From Chrysemys picta bellii (taxonomy: Eukaryota), in contig NC_088804.1 of assembly GCF_011386835.1 (NCBI RefSeq), forward strand, positions 33,046,001-33,110,000: 64,000 nucleotides of DNA, read 5' to 3'. Position numbers and translations under genes: made by a program. The first letter of the stretch is position 1, and each line of letters starts with the position of its first letter. The notes beneath the pieces were generated by a model that saw only the letters and a list, made by a program, of their open reading frames with translations, was not told where the DNA came from and made no database searches. Below, in pieces: positions 23,336 through 37,786 of this stretch.

Positions 23336-26300
23336 GAATTGGTTTAACATATTGTCCGGATGAAGCAGCACCACTTAGTAGTCCTTACTCATTGGAGGCC
23401 TGGTCAAAGCCCTTTGAAGTCTATGGGAGTCTTTCCACTGACTTCCTTGGGCTTTGGATCAGGCATTAGGGCTGCATTTTGATCTGCTGGCACAAACCTA
23501 TGGTCCCATTTGGAGTTTGGATTACTTCAGTAGTATGAATGAAATGAGGCTTTTCAAGATTGGTCCCACCACAGTTGCTGTAGCATCAAATGAAGAGCAA
23601 GAATTTCTATTATCTTGGTTATATCAATTCACTCACTGGCATGAGGAATTCTTAACTACAGAACTTGAGGGGAAAAGTGTTTTTAAAGTCCATGTATTTT
23701 TTAACATTTACAGTTTCAAGCATAATACAAAGTTCTGTGTACTAGCTAGTAGGGAGTTCTGCTTTCTGTTATAATGTGTTGATAGCTATTGCTTTTCTGT
23801 TTAACTTTAAGGGGCCTTGGTGAATACGTAAGTTTTAGCGCTCAAATGACTGTTTAAGAAGTAAACCTTTTCTCCCCTAGATTTTGATAAAACATTGCAT
23901 AGTTAAAATATTTTATTTGGATTCATCCCTCATTTTAAAGTGTTGCTCATAATAGCTGACAGAAGCTGAACTTCAGTTAGCTATTTCTTGTTTCTACTAA
24001 AAGAAAAAAAAGGGTTGAACACAGCTTCTGACACATGAAGCACGACTACAGGGAAATGAAAACAAATGTTGGTACAATTCATAAGGGAAAAAGAATGTAA
24101 GGTTTTATTTTTTTATAAATTTGTTCCCAGCTCTAAATGCGTGCCATAAATTAATAGGTCATCGACATACTTATTTAGCTAGCAGCAAGTAATTTTGTGT
24201 GAAAATATTCATACAGAATATAACCTTAGTAACAAATTGGCTGAAAATGAAGCATTTGAATGCTTTGCAAAATTCATACCAGACAACTTCAAGCTTCAAC
24301 ATAATGGAAAATCTTCTCTTTACTTAACTCCCAGGATTTAGAAAATTGATAATAATGCAAATAACCAAAGGTTAATAGCCTGATGCCATAACTGTAACAT
24401 ACACTATAGCTTAAAGGATATTGATTGCATATGTATCTGCAAAATGTGTGGATACAGATGAGTTTGCTCTGCTTCTTAGGTACAGACACAGTGAATCAAG
24501 TAAAATCCATTCTCGAAGAAATCAGAAACATGACATCTTGGCCTCATTTGTAGAGGGCTCTGCCATGCCAATGCAGATGAGGACAAGCCTTTTGTCACAA
24601 GGTTAGATTATGTTCTTCAGTTTCAATTCCAAATCCGTGTGCAATAACCAGGAAAACAGAGCATGCAGAATGGGCTTGACTTCCATGGGCTTTGGAGAAG
24701 GCCCTGACTGCACTGTTTTGAATTCTGATTCATAACTGTTGTAAATTTCAGATAGTAGCTCTACAAATGTAAATAAAATCAATACATTAAATTAAACAGA
24801 GTTAATTCACACCCCTCCCCCACTTCCACAAGTACACACCGCACAAAACCTAAGTTTGCAACTTAACTGCCTAACTGCCATTCCGCTACCCCTTATTGTG
24901 GAGCCATTGTATTTCCATCGCTTTGGAGGGTCTTCAGTGAGTCAGAAATGAGAGCAAGAAATACAGAGTCTTTGGTCCAAAGGCATTAGGGGGCCTAAAT
25001 AAACCAATAGCCTTCCACCTTTGGGTACTGTAGTCAAATATAAACCTTGGACTTGATGCTCCAGACAGAGATGACATGTAACTCTTGATGGTTGTGTGTG
25101 TGTGTGGGGTACATGACTGCCCTATGCATTGCCTCTGGGCTCAAGAGGAGCAGCAGAGCCAGGAGTGCCAGGGCATCACATGGCAGCCGGGCTCGGTTGG
25201 CAGAGGCCAGCGCCAGGCTCCTTTGGGAAAGAGGCAAGAATGCATTAGGGAGCAGCTCAGAGCTGTACCTACCGCCTGCCCTGCCTGGGGAGCACCTGGC
25301 TGTGCAGAGGCGGCCCAGCTCGGGAAGTAGGACAGGGACAGCTGCCAGGCAGCCAGGCAGCCAGCCAGCCCCTAGTTCCCACAGTGTGGGGAGCCAGGGG
25401 CCCGGGTGGCTCCCACCAGCTTCCAATCTGCTGGCTTCTGGCAGGAGGCAACCGTTTTGGGCACACCCCACAGTTTGAAAACCTCTGTGCTAAAAGAAAG
25501 ACAGAAATCGGGGTGGGGGGGGGAGCAGCACTTGACCCCACGTGTTCCCTCCCCTACCCTTGTCGCCTCTGGCTCCAGTCACTTATTACAGGGTGCAGCA
25601 ACTTGAGTAGAAATCACATTGACTTCTCACGGTGATAAGCATGACAATTGCTAGTGTCGCAAAGTGTAGCTAGCATAGCAAAGCCCCGCTGTAAAAAATT
25701 AAAGCACTTATGGTCTCTACAACTAGTCTCTGAAGAATCACTCTTTGGCCCAAACAAATGCCTCCGCTCAGGCATAACTCAGGCCTGGGATTACAGGGGT
25801 GTCACAGGACAGGACCGACTGGCACAGCAACTGGCAGACAGTGTGGAGAATCTTGCACAGCACCTCTTTGCACAATGCTTCACACTAAGCACTGCTTTCC
25901 ACCATTTCATACATCAACGTACACATATCTGCTTATACATATTCTTCAAGCAATGGGGTGAGGCAATATTATCTTTGAGAAACAGTAAATCCTAATAGGC
26001 TTCCAACAGGAAAATTACTGCCTTGAGCAATCCGTGGGAGATTTCCAAATAGCCTTGTCAAATTATTTAAATACTGCATTGTGATACTAGTGAAGTCAGT
26101 ACCAAGTTACTCTTGGCAGGAGTAGGTGTTCACTGGCATTCACTGGATGGAGGCAAACATTTCAAATGGGGAGCTTGGCAAAGCACTCATCAAAAGTGCT
26201 ACCTCATTAAGGGACTTTCTGGGTTTCAAATTTTGCCTCTCAGGTTCGCCCCTGCATCTGATCGAAACTGGAGATATATTGGCGCTTCCTGCATGGGTAA

Positions 26301-26689
26301 CCCTGTAGAACTGTATTCAGCAAAAAAAACCACCACCCTCCTCAGAACAGCTTTCCTCTCTCTCAAAACAATTTCAGTGTGCAAATCTCCAGTGGTGAAA
26401 ATGATATTTAGGAATTTACCTGTTAAATAAACACACAAACAAACAAACAAAAGATTTAAGCTGATGTGTTTTTTCATTATCACGTTATCAAATATCCTTA
26501 ATGCTTCCATCTCTGCAGCAATTTCAGTTAAAACGTTGTTTAACTTGTAAAAGGCTATCAGTGAATCAGGCATGCTCCTTTAAAGAGTTTTGAGAAAAGG
26601 ATAAAATATTGCCTCTCTTCTCAGCAACAGCTTTATCAGCAACGGAAGGGATATATCTTAAAAGACTATAAGAAGCCATGACGGAGAAA

Positions 26690-26900
26690 GAATTGTCTCA
26701 TGGACAAGCCACTGACTGGGATTTGGGAGACAAGAATTCAATCCCAAGCTCAGGCTCAGACTGCCTATGAGGCCATGGGAAAGTGACCTCACTTACCCTT
26801 TGCCGCACCTGCCCTGCCTCAGCGGGGATGTTGTGAGGATAATAAATACCTAAATAAATAAATGACTGTGAAGTGCTAAGATACTGCGCTGAGGTACCCA
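26690..26900 (+). mobile_element. CORE-SINE (MIR-like)
   Basis: tRNA-like head ending GGAGACAAGAATTCAATCCC, degenerate CORE, and tail GTTGTGAGGATAATAAATA...TGTGAAGTGCTAAGATAC. Confidence 0.65.
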
Positions 26901-26979
26901 AAAGGAAAAGCCCTGGTAGGTTATCAAGTCCGTGGCCCTCCCAATGGAGAATTTGCACTCCTACAATATTTGCAAGTGC

Positions 26980-27135
26980 TTTGCCAGTCTAGTTGTCAAT
27001 GATTCAAGGGATGAGTTTCCCACCACTTCCCTGGGGAGACTATTCCTCACTTTAATGGACATCTAGTGTCTCCTGCTATTCAGCCACAAAGTTCCTTGGC
27101 TCATTTTCATTCCATTACTCTTAGTTATATCTCCA
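26980..27135 (-). mobile_element. CR1 LINE 3' region fragment
   Basis: TTTCCCACCACTTCCCTGGGGAGACTATTCC...TCCTGCTATTCAGCC...CATTCCATTACTCTTAGTTAT resembles the antisense of the CR1 ORF2 3' end. Confidence 0.6.
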
Positions 27136-28417
27136 TGTACCATCTCAGCATACTTAATATCACCTGTAATTTTTGAGAGAGTTAAAAATCTACATCACCA
27201 CGACACACAAAAAGAGGTAAACAAAAGATAAAACTTTCTGCAGATATTTTTTTCTGAGGGGAACTATAAGCAAAACAAACTCAGGCTCGAGGAGGCACTG
27301 GTGAAAGGGTCAAAGTGGAATGATCAAAAATGTCATTACCCTCCTGAACGCCCCTCCCCCAATAATCTATGTTTAATAGCCATTCCTCTGAGGTGCAATA
27401 GGTTTCACTTTTGGATGGTAGCAGAGAAGCTAGAAAACCAACGTGGGACAGATTCTCTGATAGTTTAAATGGGCACAGCTCCGTTAGTTTCAGTGGAGTC
27501 ACCTGTTTACAGTAGCAGGTCATTCGTCTCTATAATTGTATGTGGCACCAAAATGTCTATGCTGGATTACAGAAATCAGCACACCTATGCATGCAATGGG
27601 TCACTGAAACAGACCATGGGCCTGGTCTTGACCAGGGAAGTCAATGAAAGTTCCACACGGAGATGGATCCGGCTTGAGATCCATGTCATGCTTTTGAACG
27701 GAATTTCCCTGAAATGTCCAACTACAAAACCCTCTCCTCTCATCCAGAGGCTTGCAGGGCACATGTGGTCTGTACTTGCAAATTTGGGGACATGAACTGG
27801 AAGGCTGCCTTTTCATTAATATGCCTGGGAATAAAATCTTTCCAGAAGGCACAGAATCATATATAGGCAGCATCATTTAGACTACTACCAAGCTCTAAGG
27901 GAAGAAAAAAATTCACTGGTGCACCACAGCCTGTAACACAGGAAAACTATGGAGGCTGATGACGACTCTCCCATCTCCTTATCATCAGTCATGACGAGAA
28001 CACTGGTGCCTCAGCTGAGATGCTGTAGGTCAGTGATGTCTTTGGGAGATGCTGGTCTGTTGTGTGTGTTTGGGAGCCGTGACGACTCCTGTAGCAGGGG
28101 AGGTCAGGATTCCGCACTCCAGCCCTGTACTGTTGGACTCAGTTTGCACATAAAGGAAAGCCATTGTGCTCAGGCTTTGTGCCTACGTCCAGGACTTGGC
28201 CCTTGGTTAACAGTCATAGTCAATGAAGATCAATGGGACTTAGGCACTTTTTAACATTTCATGGTGGGTCAAGATACACTGTCTGAGGAATGAGCTCATG
28301 AAAACCAACTACATTGTCCTCTGGGTGAGTGTTGAAAGCAGAGCCATCCATAGAAAGCCATGAATTACTCATTGGCTTCAGTCAATCAGCAGAGCAATTG
28401 ACATTTCCATAGTCGAC

Positions 28418-28600
28418 AGGCCAGATTTTAAATGTATTTAGGCACCTAAAGATGCCAATAGACACCCACTGGGATTTTTCGAAAGCACCTAGGTGCCTAA
28501 CTCCACATGATTACACTAAAAGTTAGGTGACTAAATACTTTTGAAAAATCTCACTAGTCATACATCTTTAGGCACCTAGCCACCTTTAAAAATTGGGCCC
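28418..28600. mobile_element. Palindromic TAGGCACCTAA-family MITE
   Basis: Ends GGCCAGATTTTAAA / TTTAAAAATTGGGCC. Inverted arms TTTAGGCACCTAAAGATG / CATCTTTAGGCACCTAG. Confidence 0.7.
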
Positions 28601-30259
28601 AAAGTCCCCACCATTCCTGCACTAGCTTTTATTAGGTAGAGTGAAATCTATCTACCTAGTATTTTCTATAGTACCCATCATGGTAGTATTTCGGTACTTA
28701 CTACAGATGACTCCAGACATCTCAAATATTATTGTACTAAATGTTCTAATTTTGTTATGGGAAATGTTTCTATACATTCCTTTAACATAATTTCTGCAGC
28801 ACATTAAATCAGTTTTCCCATCTAACAGAATAACTTTCCAAGCGCTACATTAGAATGCTTGTATAGTTGCAAGAATAATGAAAATAACCTCTTGGAACCT
28901 TCCTCTTAAAGCATATATGTTCTATTGAAAGATTCTCATATTTTATTGGTATAGCCCTATTTGACAACATTGCATAAAGAACCATACCACTGTTTGCTCA
29001 ACTATGAAAACACGAAATGGGAAGAGAGGTATATATGTCCAAATCAAGGTAATAGCTGACTATCAAACCAATCCCACAAATTAGTTGTGAAATGAAGGAA
29101 ATGAAATGGAATATGTGAATGGCTATGGAAAAACAGCTAAATTAATTTACGTGGGGGGAAAAATAATAAACATGATACGCATAGGTACTGCTCTAACACA
29201 GAGTTATTCTCCTCATTTGAAATAAATGTAGAGTGTGGGTGAGATATGCTTCTGAAAATGTTTAATTGCATCTCCTTGCAGCTAGCTTCATGCATTGGTT
29301 CATAGGCCCAATCCTGTTCTTATTGCAGTCAATGGGACCAAGAACAGTTAACTAATTGTCACTCTGTGAGCACTCCAGTTCATGCATGCTGAATTCTAAC
29401 AAAGTCCTGGAACCTTAGGGGGAAAAAAAACATTGGCTAATTAAGATGAACTTTAAGGTGCAGCACCTAATTAATTTGATCTTTTTATGGAACACTTTCC
29501 AAATGAAGTAAACTTTAAAAGTTGCACGGATCAACGCTTTGGGCTATTTGTTAATAACTAAATAAACAATGTATTTCTTAAAAGCTGCAGGTTACAAATC
29601 AAGATATTAGCATGAGTGCTACATTAATGAAGACATTGGTTTGCTATTGCTAAGCACAACTGCTAGTCAGAATGACAAAAAACAAAAACAAACCTCAGTA
29701 TTTCCTTACTGATAATGATATCACAACCAGATGTTGAGGGGAAAGCAAATCTATGGCATGATTTTAACCAAGAAACAGATGCAGACGTGACTGCAATTTT
29801 TAACGTTCTACTTACTTGGGGGAAATACTGATCTTTTTTAAATTTGTATTTCAAGTCCTTGTCAAAAGGATATGTCAGTCTATTAAAATAAATAATCACA
29901 ACAACAAAATCTTCAGGTACTTTATCTTAATAGCTTGTTTTCTCCTGTTGAGAGAGGCTAGCTGTAGCAAAGCAATACATAGGCAAAGATTTAAGGTGAC
30001 CAGGTTTCAAAGCAGAAAAAAAACTTGCATGTTGGGCTGGTCAAAAAATGCTTGATGACAGGGAAGCTGGTTGAAATGTTTGTTGAAATTTCCAATGGCT
30101 CTGTGCACGCAAAGACACAGGGGACAGATTGTTGGGATCCAGGGAGATGTACTATGGTAGTCTTTTGGCAGCTAGGAAGGGGAAAAGAAAAGAGTCCCCA
30201 CTTCTCCCTCTTCTCTTCATCTACTGCACCAATCCCCTTTCCTTGTCTTCTCTGTAACC

Positions 30260-30592
30260 CAGGGGTCGGCACATTTGGCATGTGGCTCGCCAGGGTAAGC
30301 ACCCTGGCGGGCCGGGCCAGTTTATTTACCTGCTGACGCGGCAGGTTTGGCCGATCGCGGCCCCCACTGGCTGTGGTTCGCCGTCTTGGGCCAATGGGGG
30401 CAGCAGGCAGCCGCGGACAGCACATCCCTCGCCCGCGCCGCTTCCCGCCGCCCCCATTGGCCTGGGACGGCGAACCGCGGCCAGTGGGGGCCGCGATCGG
30501 CCGAACCTGCCGCGTCAGCAGGTAAATAAACTGGCCCGGCCCGCCAGGGTGCTTACCCTGGCGAGCCGCGTGCCAAACATTGCCGACCCCTG
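30260..30592. mobile_element. Fold-back hAT (Charlie-like) MITE, copy 1
   Basis: TIRs CAGGGGTCGGCA / TGCCGACCCCTG. Perfect TSD CTGTAACC (30252-30259 / 30593-30600). Long internal inverted arms. Confidence 0.95.
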
Positions 30593-30793
30593 CTGTAACC
30601 CTTTGTATTTCACTTTACGTATGGAGTGAGCAGGCCTGAGGATACGTACACAATGGCAATCAGTGGGAGTCCCCATTGACTTCTGAGGTGCATGTACATT
30701 TATCCAGCTCACTGTCACTCTGCTGGTTGGCTGCTCCACCAGGTGACCAGAGTCTGAATAGATTTACAGATAAAAGGATGATGCTGTTCTGTG

Positions 30794-30922
30794 TAATGCT
30801 TAATTTGTGCTAAGGCTGAGCCCTGGCACCTTTAGGCTTCTCAGTTTGGGCTTGCCGCATCAGTTATGAAAGTAAAATGATTGCTTGAGCCCGGCACCTC
30901 TTTCATTACAAATTAAGCACTG
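30794..30922. mobile_element. Small hAT MITE (CAGTGCTTAATTTGT family)
   Basis: TAATGCTTAATTTGT / ACAAATTAAGCACTG ends. TSD GTTCTGTG / CTTCTGCG (6/8). Confidence 0.7.
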
Positions 30923-32297
30923 CTTCTGCGTGACATTGATAGGGACCCTAGAAGAGTGACTTTCCCAGTTTGGGGAGCATATGGCCACTCTGTAACCATT
31001 TGATAACAGTAACAAAATTTTGAAATATCCTTAACTAGATTTTATTGTTTATCAATAACGGGCTCCATAGTCCAGCCTGACATGAAACACAGGTAAAAAT
31101 CTGTGGGTTCAGCCCAGAGCAGCTATCAAGCAGATGGGCCTTGTCCCGTGGCCAGCTTCTAGAACCATGGAATGAAATCCTGGACACACTGAAGTCAGTG
31201 GCAGGACTCTCACAGAATTCAATAGAGCAGGATTTAACCCATAGACTCTGCCCCATCACAGCCTTTGGGGAGTCCCCTTCCATGACTAGTTTTTTTTTTC
31301 CCTGATAGAAAATAGACTGTGCTAATAATGATCCAGCTTAATTCTGCTGGAGAATACTATAAAAAATAACGTAAAAGATGTATTTATATTTAAAAAGAGA
31401 CTAGCTCTCGGGGTTAAAAACCCCAAATTTAATGTCAGAAATTGTGCACAGCGTTCATACAGCATTGATACACATTCGTGTTTTGGCTTTGTCTAATAAG
31501 CTGGGATGCCTCACTTGGTGAACTCTTGTCCTCATCCTGCCCCCATTTTATTCTCTCCCCATCCCAGATGAAAAAGAAAGAAAGAAATGTTCTGCCAATC
31601 GGTTTTTTAGGGCTTGTGGACGTTACAGGGCCTTGCATGGGGAAGGCATTATATTTTTTGATCTGCAGCCAGATTCTTAATGAAATAGGAGGGCAGGAGG
31701 GAGGCTAATGTGATTCAGCATCTAAAAGCAAGCAGTTGCATCAATAATCTTTAGCACTGGCACTTGTGCTAAGACAGAGTTTAGAAGACAAGTTGTCACT
31801 GTGATTTGGGGGCCTTTCATTTATTCAATATAACTCCATTAGGTTTTGGAAGCATAAACAGGTAGTAGGGTTTTGTGAAAGTAATACTCTTAAACCAGCA
31901 TATAATTAAAATTGAGCTCTTTGGAGAATAATTCTACTATATATTATTGGAGGTGACCTTTCTCTTATCAAACACCATTGAATATCACGATTTAACTTTC
32001 CCAGTTTCAATCTAGCCAACACAGCTATGAAGCAGTAGATTGAAGAACTAAGCACACACTTGTGCGTTTTCTACCTTTAATTCTTTTCTGTGTTAACCTC
32101 TTACTTTTCAGAGCCCACTCAGAGGCTAACTTCTGTTTCACTTCTTAGGGAAGTTTTTGATATTTTTAAGACCCAAACCTTCAGCGTAAGTTAAGTTAAA
32201 GGAAACCTTATTTTTTTTCTCAGCTGGAATAGTATATAAAACGAAACGTGATTGACCTGTAAGGTTTGCAAATCTGCCCATGCAATGTATTCAGTTA

Positions 32298-32443
32298 GGG
32301 TGAAATTCACCCCAGTGAAGAGGGTTGACATTAGAGCCTATGCTCTACTTAATTCCCACGTCAACCCTCTATGGAGTGTAAGTGTATCTTATATTGTACA
32401 CAGGGGGCTGTGTGGGACTTCTGCATAGGGGTGAATTTCACCC
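32298..32443. mobile_element. Harbinger-like MITE
   Basis: Perfect 16-bp TIR GGGTGAAATTCACCCC / GGGGTGAATTTCACCC, flanked by TTA / TCA. Confidence 0.8.
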
Positions 32444-32729
32444 TCAAGGCTCAATTTGTTGTCTTCTCATTGACACGAGTGGTGGCCGGCACCTTCTGGA
32501 AGGTGCTCTGCATCTAGCAGCCTCAGGCTTTCAATGCAGCACATAAACTAAACATGGCAATAAAACAAAGGCAGAAAATCATGTAATACCCTAATACCAG
32601 GCTTTCCAAATACCATGTATGAAATGAGATACTGAACCCAGCCTCCCCACCTCCACCCTCAGGTGGCATGAACATTGTGCAATACCAGCAACACCCCAAA
32701 AGCCTCCTGTTCTTGCATGAGCTGTGATG

Positions 32730-32880
32730 TGAAAAGCCAGAATGTGAGACTGAAAATTAACTTAAGCAATACAAAGGTTATGCTCATTAGACATGAAAAA
32801 CCAAGACATCCCAGCAAAGACTGGAACATTATTGAACAAGTGCAAAAAGCACATTTACCTTGGTCAGATAGAAAATCCAG
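32730..32880 (+). mobile_element. RTE-like LINE RT relic
   Basis: VRLKINLSNTKVM...IIEQVQK, then a frameshift to (H)IYLGQ (ACATTTACCTTGGTCAG). Confidence 0.6.
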
Positions 32881-34015
32881 CTGGAAGAAGTTATAAGAAG
32901 AACCAGTGAGCTAGAGTTAAACCACTATGAACCTTCGTCTCCCACTTAGTCTTAAGAATTAGTATAATGAGCTCTTAAAATATGACTTAAGGCACGTGCT
33001 TCTTACGGGTTTGCCGTTGAATGTGTACCTTAGTCCGAGGGAGATATTTCAATTCCCCCCTATTCCCTCCCCCCTCACTGACCACATAAAGATTGTACTT
33101 TGGCAATGATAAACTTCATCTACAAAGCAAAAAAAAAACAGAAAAAACACCACCTCCCTGTTTAACATTAACACCATTTTTCTGAATCATTTTTCTGAAT
33201 TGTTAAGGATATTTCTTCCTTCTGGTGCACAAACAAATGGGGACTATGACCAACAAAAGCTGGTTCTGCAATACTGTTAATTTTCTTCTTTAATGTACAT
33301 TCTTCATAAACACAGTGTCTTGTGTACTTGTCAGAGATCTGTTTATTAGTGTGTCCATTAAAATAACTCAATACATTTATCTGCTTCTGAGTAGTGAGAA
33401 TAAAAATTTGCCTTGTGAAGTGGACTAAAGGAATATGAATTACTTTACAAGCCAGACAAGCAACATACTCAATTCCACCCTCTAAGTTGTCAGAGGCTCC
33501 ATTTTTTATGACTTTCTGCATTTGTTGCCACTAATGTGGTTTGAATTGTCTCCTTCCTGGTAACATAGAGTTGTTGTCCTGCTACTTGTCTGTGTCCTGC
33601 ATTAATCTTCTTCAACCTCAAGTGATAAAATGGCCTCATCCTCAATAAATTAGTAAGCAATACTAATCTATGAGGGCAAATATTTTGGAGAGTCATTTTG
33701 AATTCCTAGTTACTGTCTTTCCCTCTTGTGTATTTCTGCTCTTTAACTGTACTTATTGTTTCAAGTGGTTTTAGGTTCAGTGACCTCTAGAAAATTCTGA
33801 TAGTGTAAGGTAAAGAACATGATTTAAAAGAAGAGATCTTCAGGTTTTTTAGATGACAATGTAGCTCTCATGAACAGTGCCAGTTAGCACTGGAAGCTGA
33901 AATGCTTTATTGGGCTTCAGAACAGGCACAAAGTGGGAATCGTCAGGGCAAGTTCTCCACACTACCCCTACTGATGTGCTGCAACCCTGATCTGAAGTGA
34001 AAAAATGACCTCTAG

Positions 34016-34418
34016 TAGGGTGACCACATTTCCCAAAGAGAAAACGGGACACCCCCCTCAGTCGCTTGCCCGAGGACCCTCCCCTGCTCAATGCTGGACC
34101 CCTGCAGGGGGGCCCCCAGAGGAGGCTGTTGTCCCCCTCCCCCGGCATACTGGAACGCTGCCTCCCCAGTCCCCAGCCCTGCCTCCCCTCCTGTGTGTGG
34201 GGGGGAGTGTCATCTCTGCTCTCCCCTCCACATGTTCCTCCGCACTGCACCCCTTTTTTTGACAAAAGTGGGCATTTGTGCCATTTGCTCTTGCCAAGTG
34301 ATCACACTGGCAAGAGCAAATGGGCCAAATACCTCTGTTGGGAAAAAAAGTTGGGATGGCCAGGACAGGGCTTAAACAAGGGACTGTTCCAGCCAAAGCG
34401 GGATGTAGGGCCGCCCTA
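34016..34418. mobile_element. hAT non-autonomous element (TAGGGTGACC family)
   Basis: TAGGGTGACCAC...GGGCCGCCCTA. Imperfect 7-nt duplication CCTCTAG / CCTTTAG. Confidence 0.75.
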
Positions 34419-36264
34419 CCTTTAGGATGGAGTGAGTTGTTCAATCTCCCTGTTCATTAACCCTCACCCGCACTATTCACAGTGTCAGCAATTATTCCAA
34501 TTATGATGCAGGGGCAGACTCAGCCTGGGAAAAACTAGGGCCCCCAGCAGTGGAAAGTCCACCCAGAAAAGGGTTGCAGTGGTGCAAGCTGCTTGCTCCA
34601 CTGGGGAGCCTGTACTAGTGAGAAATCACCCAAAGTGGCTGTGAAAACAGGCACGGTCAGACTGGCTGGGAGATTCATTGTCTCCCTAGCAGTCTCCACA
34701 GGCAAGTCTTTTAGTGACAGAATACAAATTTAGCCAGCTACCGGCATCCAGGTACAACTGAGTGCATTTTTACTAGATTAAATAGACAGCAACTATGTTC
34801 AATTGAATAAAAAGTGCTACATTTAGGCTACTTGTATTTGGATCTAAGTCGATGCCACAGCCTTAAAATAATACCTCATTCAATATCATCTTATATTTAT
34901 ATCTTTCAATTTGAGAGAACCCAAAGTGATTTACAGACTATATGTAATGGGAAAACTCACCCACTCATGCCTAAAAAGCAGCCACCAGTGATGAGGCGCA
35001 GAGTCATTCTGTGCCAGCAACACATGCTAGAGTCTTGAAATCACAGGAGGATTTTTCTTTAAATAGGCACAAGAAGCCCCACGTGTCCTTCAGCTTCTGT
35101 GAGGGGAAAGTAGCAAAGCCTAGCAAAAGAGGGCCAGAAGGATGGATCAAGGTGAGAATGCTGGCCTTGCTACTCCCCTGCTTCCCTGTCATCCTGACCC
35201 TCAGGACACCCTTGCGGGGCTGACTTCAGCCTCTTCATTTCTGGGGAGGTGTTGGGAGGGCACTCACTTATGTGACATTGTCCCCCAGCTCTTCCTTCAA
35301 ACTCCTGGGGCCAAACAGTGTAAGTTGGGGTTCTCCTTCCACAGGTCAGAACTGGGGGTTCCTGGGACAGCTGAAAGCAAAAGACAGGCTGTCATGTGCA
35401 ATGATGCAGGGGCCCAAGAACGAATAGGGAAGTACAGGGTGTCTGCACAGTTGACCCATACTTCCTGCAACTCCACGGAGATTTGTGAGACTAGGCTTTG
35501 AACCTACTTGCCATTTCAGTGTGGAGGCAACAGGAAGCAAATCTTGTCTCCTCCAGCGGAAGAATGAGAAGCAAACTCAAGCAGGCTGGATTCTCTAGTT
35601 GGCTTACACAATCCAGCTGCAAATGCCCAGTAGAGAATTCCAGTCAGAGGAGAACATCCTCCTGGTGCATCTTCAGTGCAACATACTCTGCATTTCTGCA
35701 CTCCCTCAACTCCTGGCATAGGTGGTTTGGCAGGACTGGGATGGGTTATGGCAGACCTCTACTCAAAGTCAACAGTCCTACCTACTGATGCAACACCGCT
35801 TCCTGCGTTGCTTGGTTTTATCTTGGAGGTCCGGGTATGACTCAGCTGGCAGCCTGGAGATGCTGCAGCAAATTATATTAAGCAATTAAGAATGGCTTAT
35901 AAAACAGCATCATAAGTGCTAATGTGTATGAAAGTTAGTGTGCAAATGTCTAGAGGAAAGCATCACACATAGAACAGAAATATCCACAGTATATTGCTAA
36001 GTGTCCCCAAACAAATCCTTTTCTCCCATGTTTAACCCTCATTTAACAAAAAACAAACAAAGCCAACAAACTCCAACCCTCCCCCCTGACAAACCAAAAA
36101 GAAAAAACCAAAACCAACCCCCCACCTCTTTCAAAACCTAATAGACAAAGAATCTACTAATTAAAGCATCTACTAATTAAAGGATCTTAATTGCACAATT
36201 CAAGAGCTGGGCTTAGCTTTCAACCCTTATCCCCCTCCAAGTTAACGGATTACTATTACTATTA

Positions 36265-36385
36265 ATTATTATTACTATTATTTTGTATTATCATAATGCC
36301 TAGGAACCCCAGGCATGGACCACAACTCAGTGTGCTAGGCATTGTACAAACACAGAACAAAGAGACAGTCCCTGCCCCGAAGATA
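36265..36385 (-). mobile_element. L2-type / MIR-like SINE 3' tail
   Basis: ATTATTTTGTATT...GTGCTAGGCATTGTACAAACACAGAACAAAGAGACAGTCCCTGCCCCGAAGA, antisense of the tail at 9640-9750. Confidence 0.7.
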
Positions 36386-37786
36386 TTTGGGTCACAGGTT
36401 GCAGGTCCTTCTCTAATAACTAAATAAATTCCCACCCTGACCTATATTCTGCCACCTGTGCTATTTGCCACAATATGGGGGAAAAGAATGGAAGGTGCTG
36501 CTTAAACTCCATGCAAAGCAAAATCTCTTTGGAGAAGGGAAAGGCTGCAGTAAAAGCAGTTCTAATGATTTGATCAGCAAAAACTATAAACGCAAAGTTT
36601 GGAGTTAATGAGATCTCTAGATCAAAAGTGTGAATGATTTCCCTCTCATTAGTGGTTTTTATCATCAGATGTTAGCATTGTTTGAATGAAATTCATTCAA
36701 AGACCTCAAATACAAGCGGTATTTGGTATAAGAAACCATGATTCGGGTCTATTAACAAACAGAACATCTTGCTAAATATTTCCTTTATGCACTATTCAAT
36801 AATGATGTAAAGCTGGTGACTTTCTGCTGCTTCAGTGAAACAGCCTTCAGAAAGATCATTAAACTGCCTTTTTGTAAGACAAGCTAAACAGAATGACTGA
36901 AACGTCTGTTATAAGTTTGTGTGTGTATTCAACTCAATTAGGCTCTCGGATGCCGATGAAAGGCCTCTAAAGTAACAGTCTCCCTCCATCCAGGCCATTT
37001 CAGGTGGTTAACTTTATAAAGACGTGCTTGTGAAAATGACTTCAGATTCTGGCTGCAACTTTTCAAGACGAGCGTTACATCACAGAGTCAAGTATCTGAC
37101 TGACGCAGAGTGAGAAGTCTCATAAAAATATCAAACAGCTGATCTTAATGGAGCCCAGCCAGAGTTGTGGAAGAAAACTCCGTACAAATGAATATACCGC
37201 AAATAATAGCAAACCCTCCTCCTCCACCCTCTCCTCTTGTTCCACTTCTCTGGAATTCTTTCCTCTCCACAGGCTTCCCCCAGTCCCCCCTCCCCCCGGG
37301 GCCCTTTGTTGAAACCCTTGCCAGCTGGCTGCAACAAAACAAAGCAGCTCTTCAGAAACAGCATCGCTGCTGCTTTGAATGAGTTTCATGAGCCCTCGGT
37401 GACAGATGCCTCACAGACACACCATGCAGTGCAAAAGCACGCTGCCCAGCTTCAACCCCAGTTGACGCTTGTGGATTCCCAAGAACTGGTTGGCAAACGT
37501 GCCATTTTGCAACGGGCGTTTTGGTTAGATGGCTCGGCCCCCTCTCTCTCTGATGCAGACCTTGCCAAAGTTATCAGTGCCCATGACCTCCAGAATGAGT
37601 GATTGCAACGCGGTAGCTTTCAAGGCCGTTCAGAAGCTACAGCAGCTGATGCAGAATGCAGCTGCCTGCTTACTTAGCTGTGTTAGCTGTTTGTAGCATT
37701 TTACACTGGTTCTCAGCAGACTGCACTGGCTTCCTATTTGCTACTGGGTGCCACTGAGGTGTTGATGTTTATCTGCCTGCAAAGCC

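Noticed and set aside
25077-25590. Solo-LTR-like TGTAA...TTACA segment
   Set aside because: Flanks (TGACA / GGGTG) are not duplicated and no other support was found; it may still be an old LTR.
35000-35870. GC-balanced stretch with several 60-120 aa ORFs, possibly a decayed transposase or exons
   Set aside because: No Myb/SANT, DDE or RT motif could be recovered in any frame by eye.
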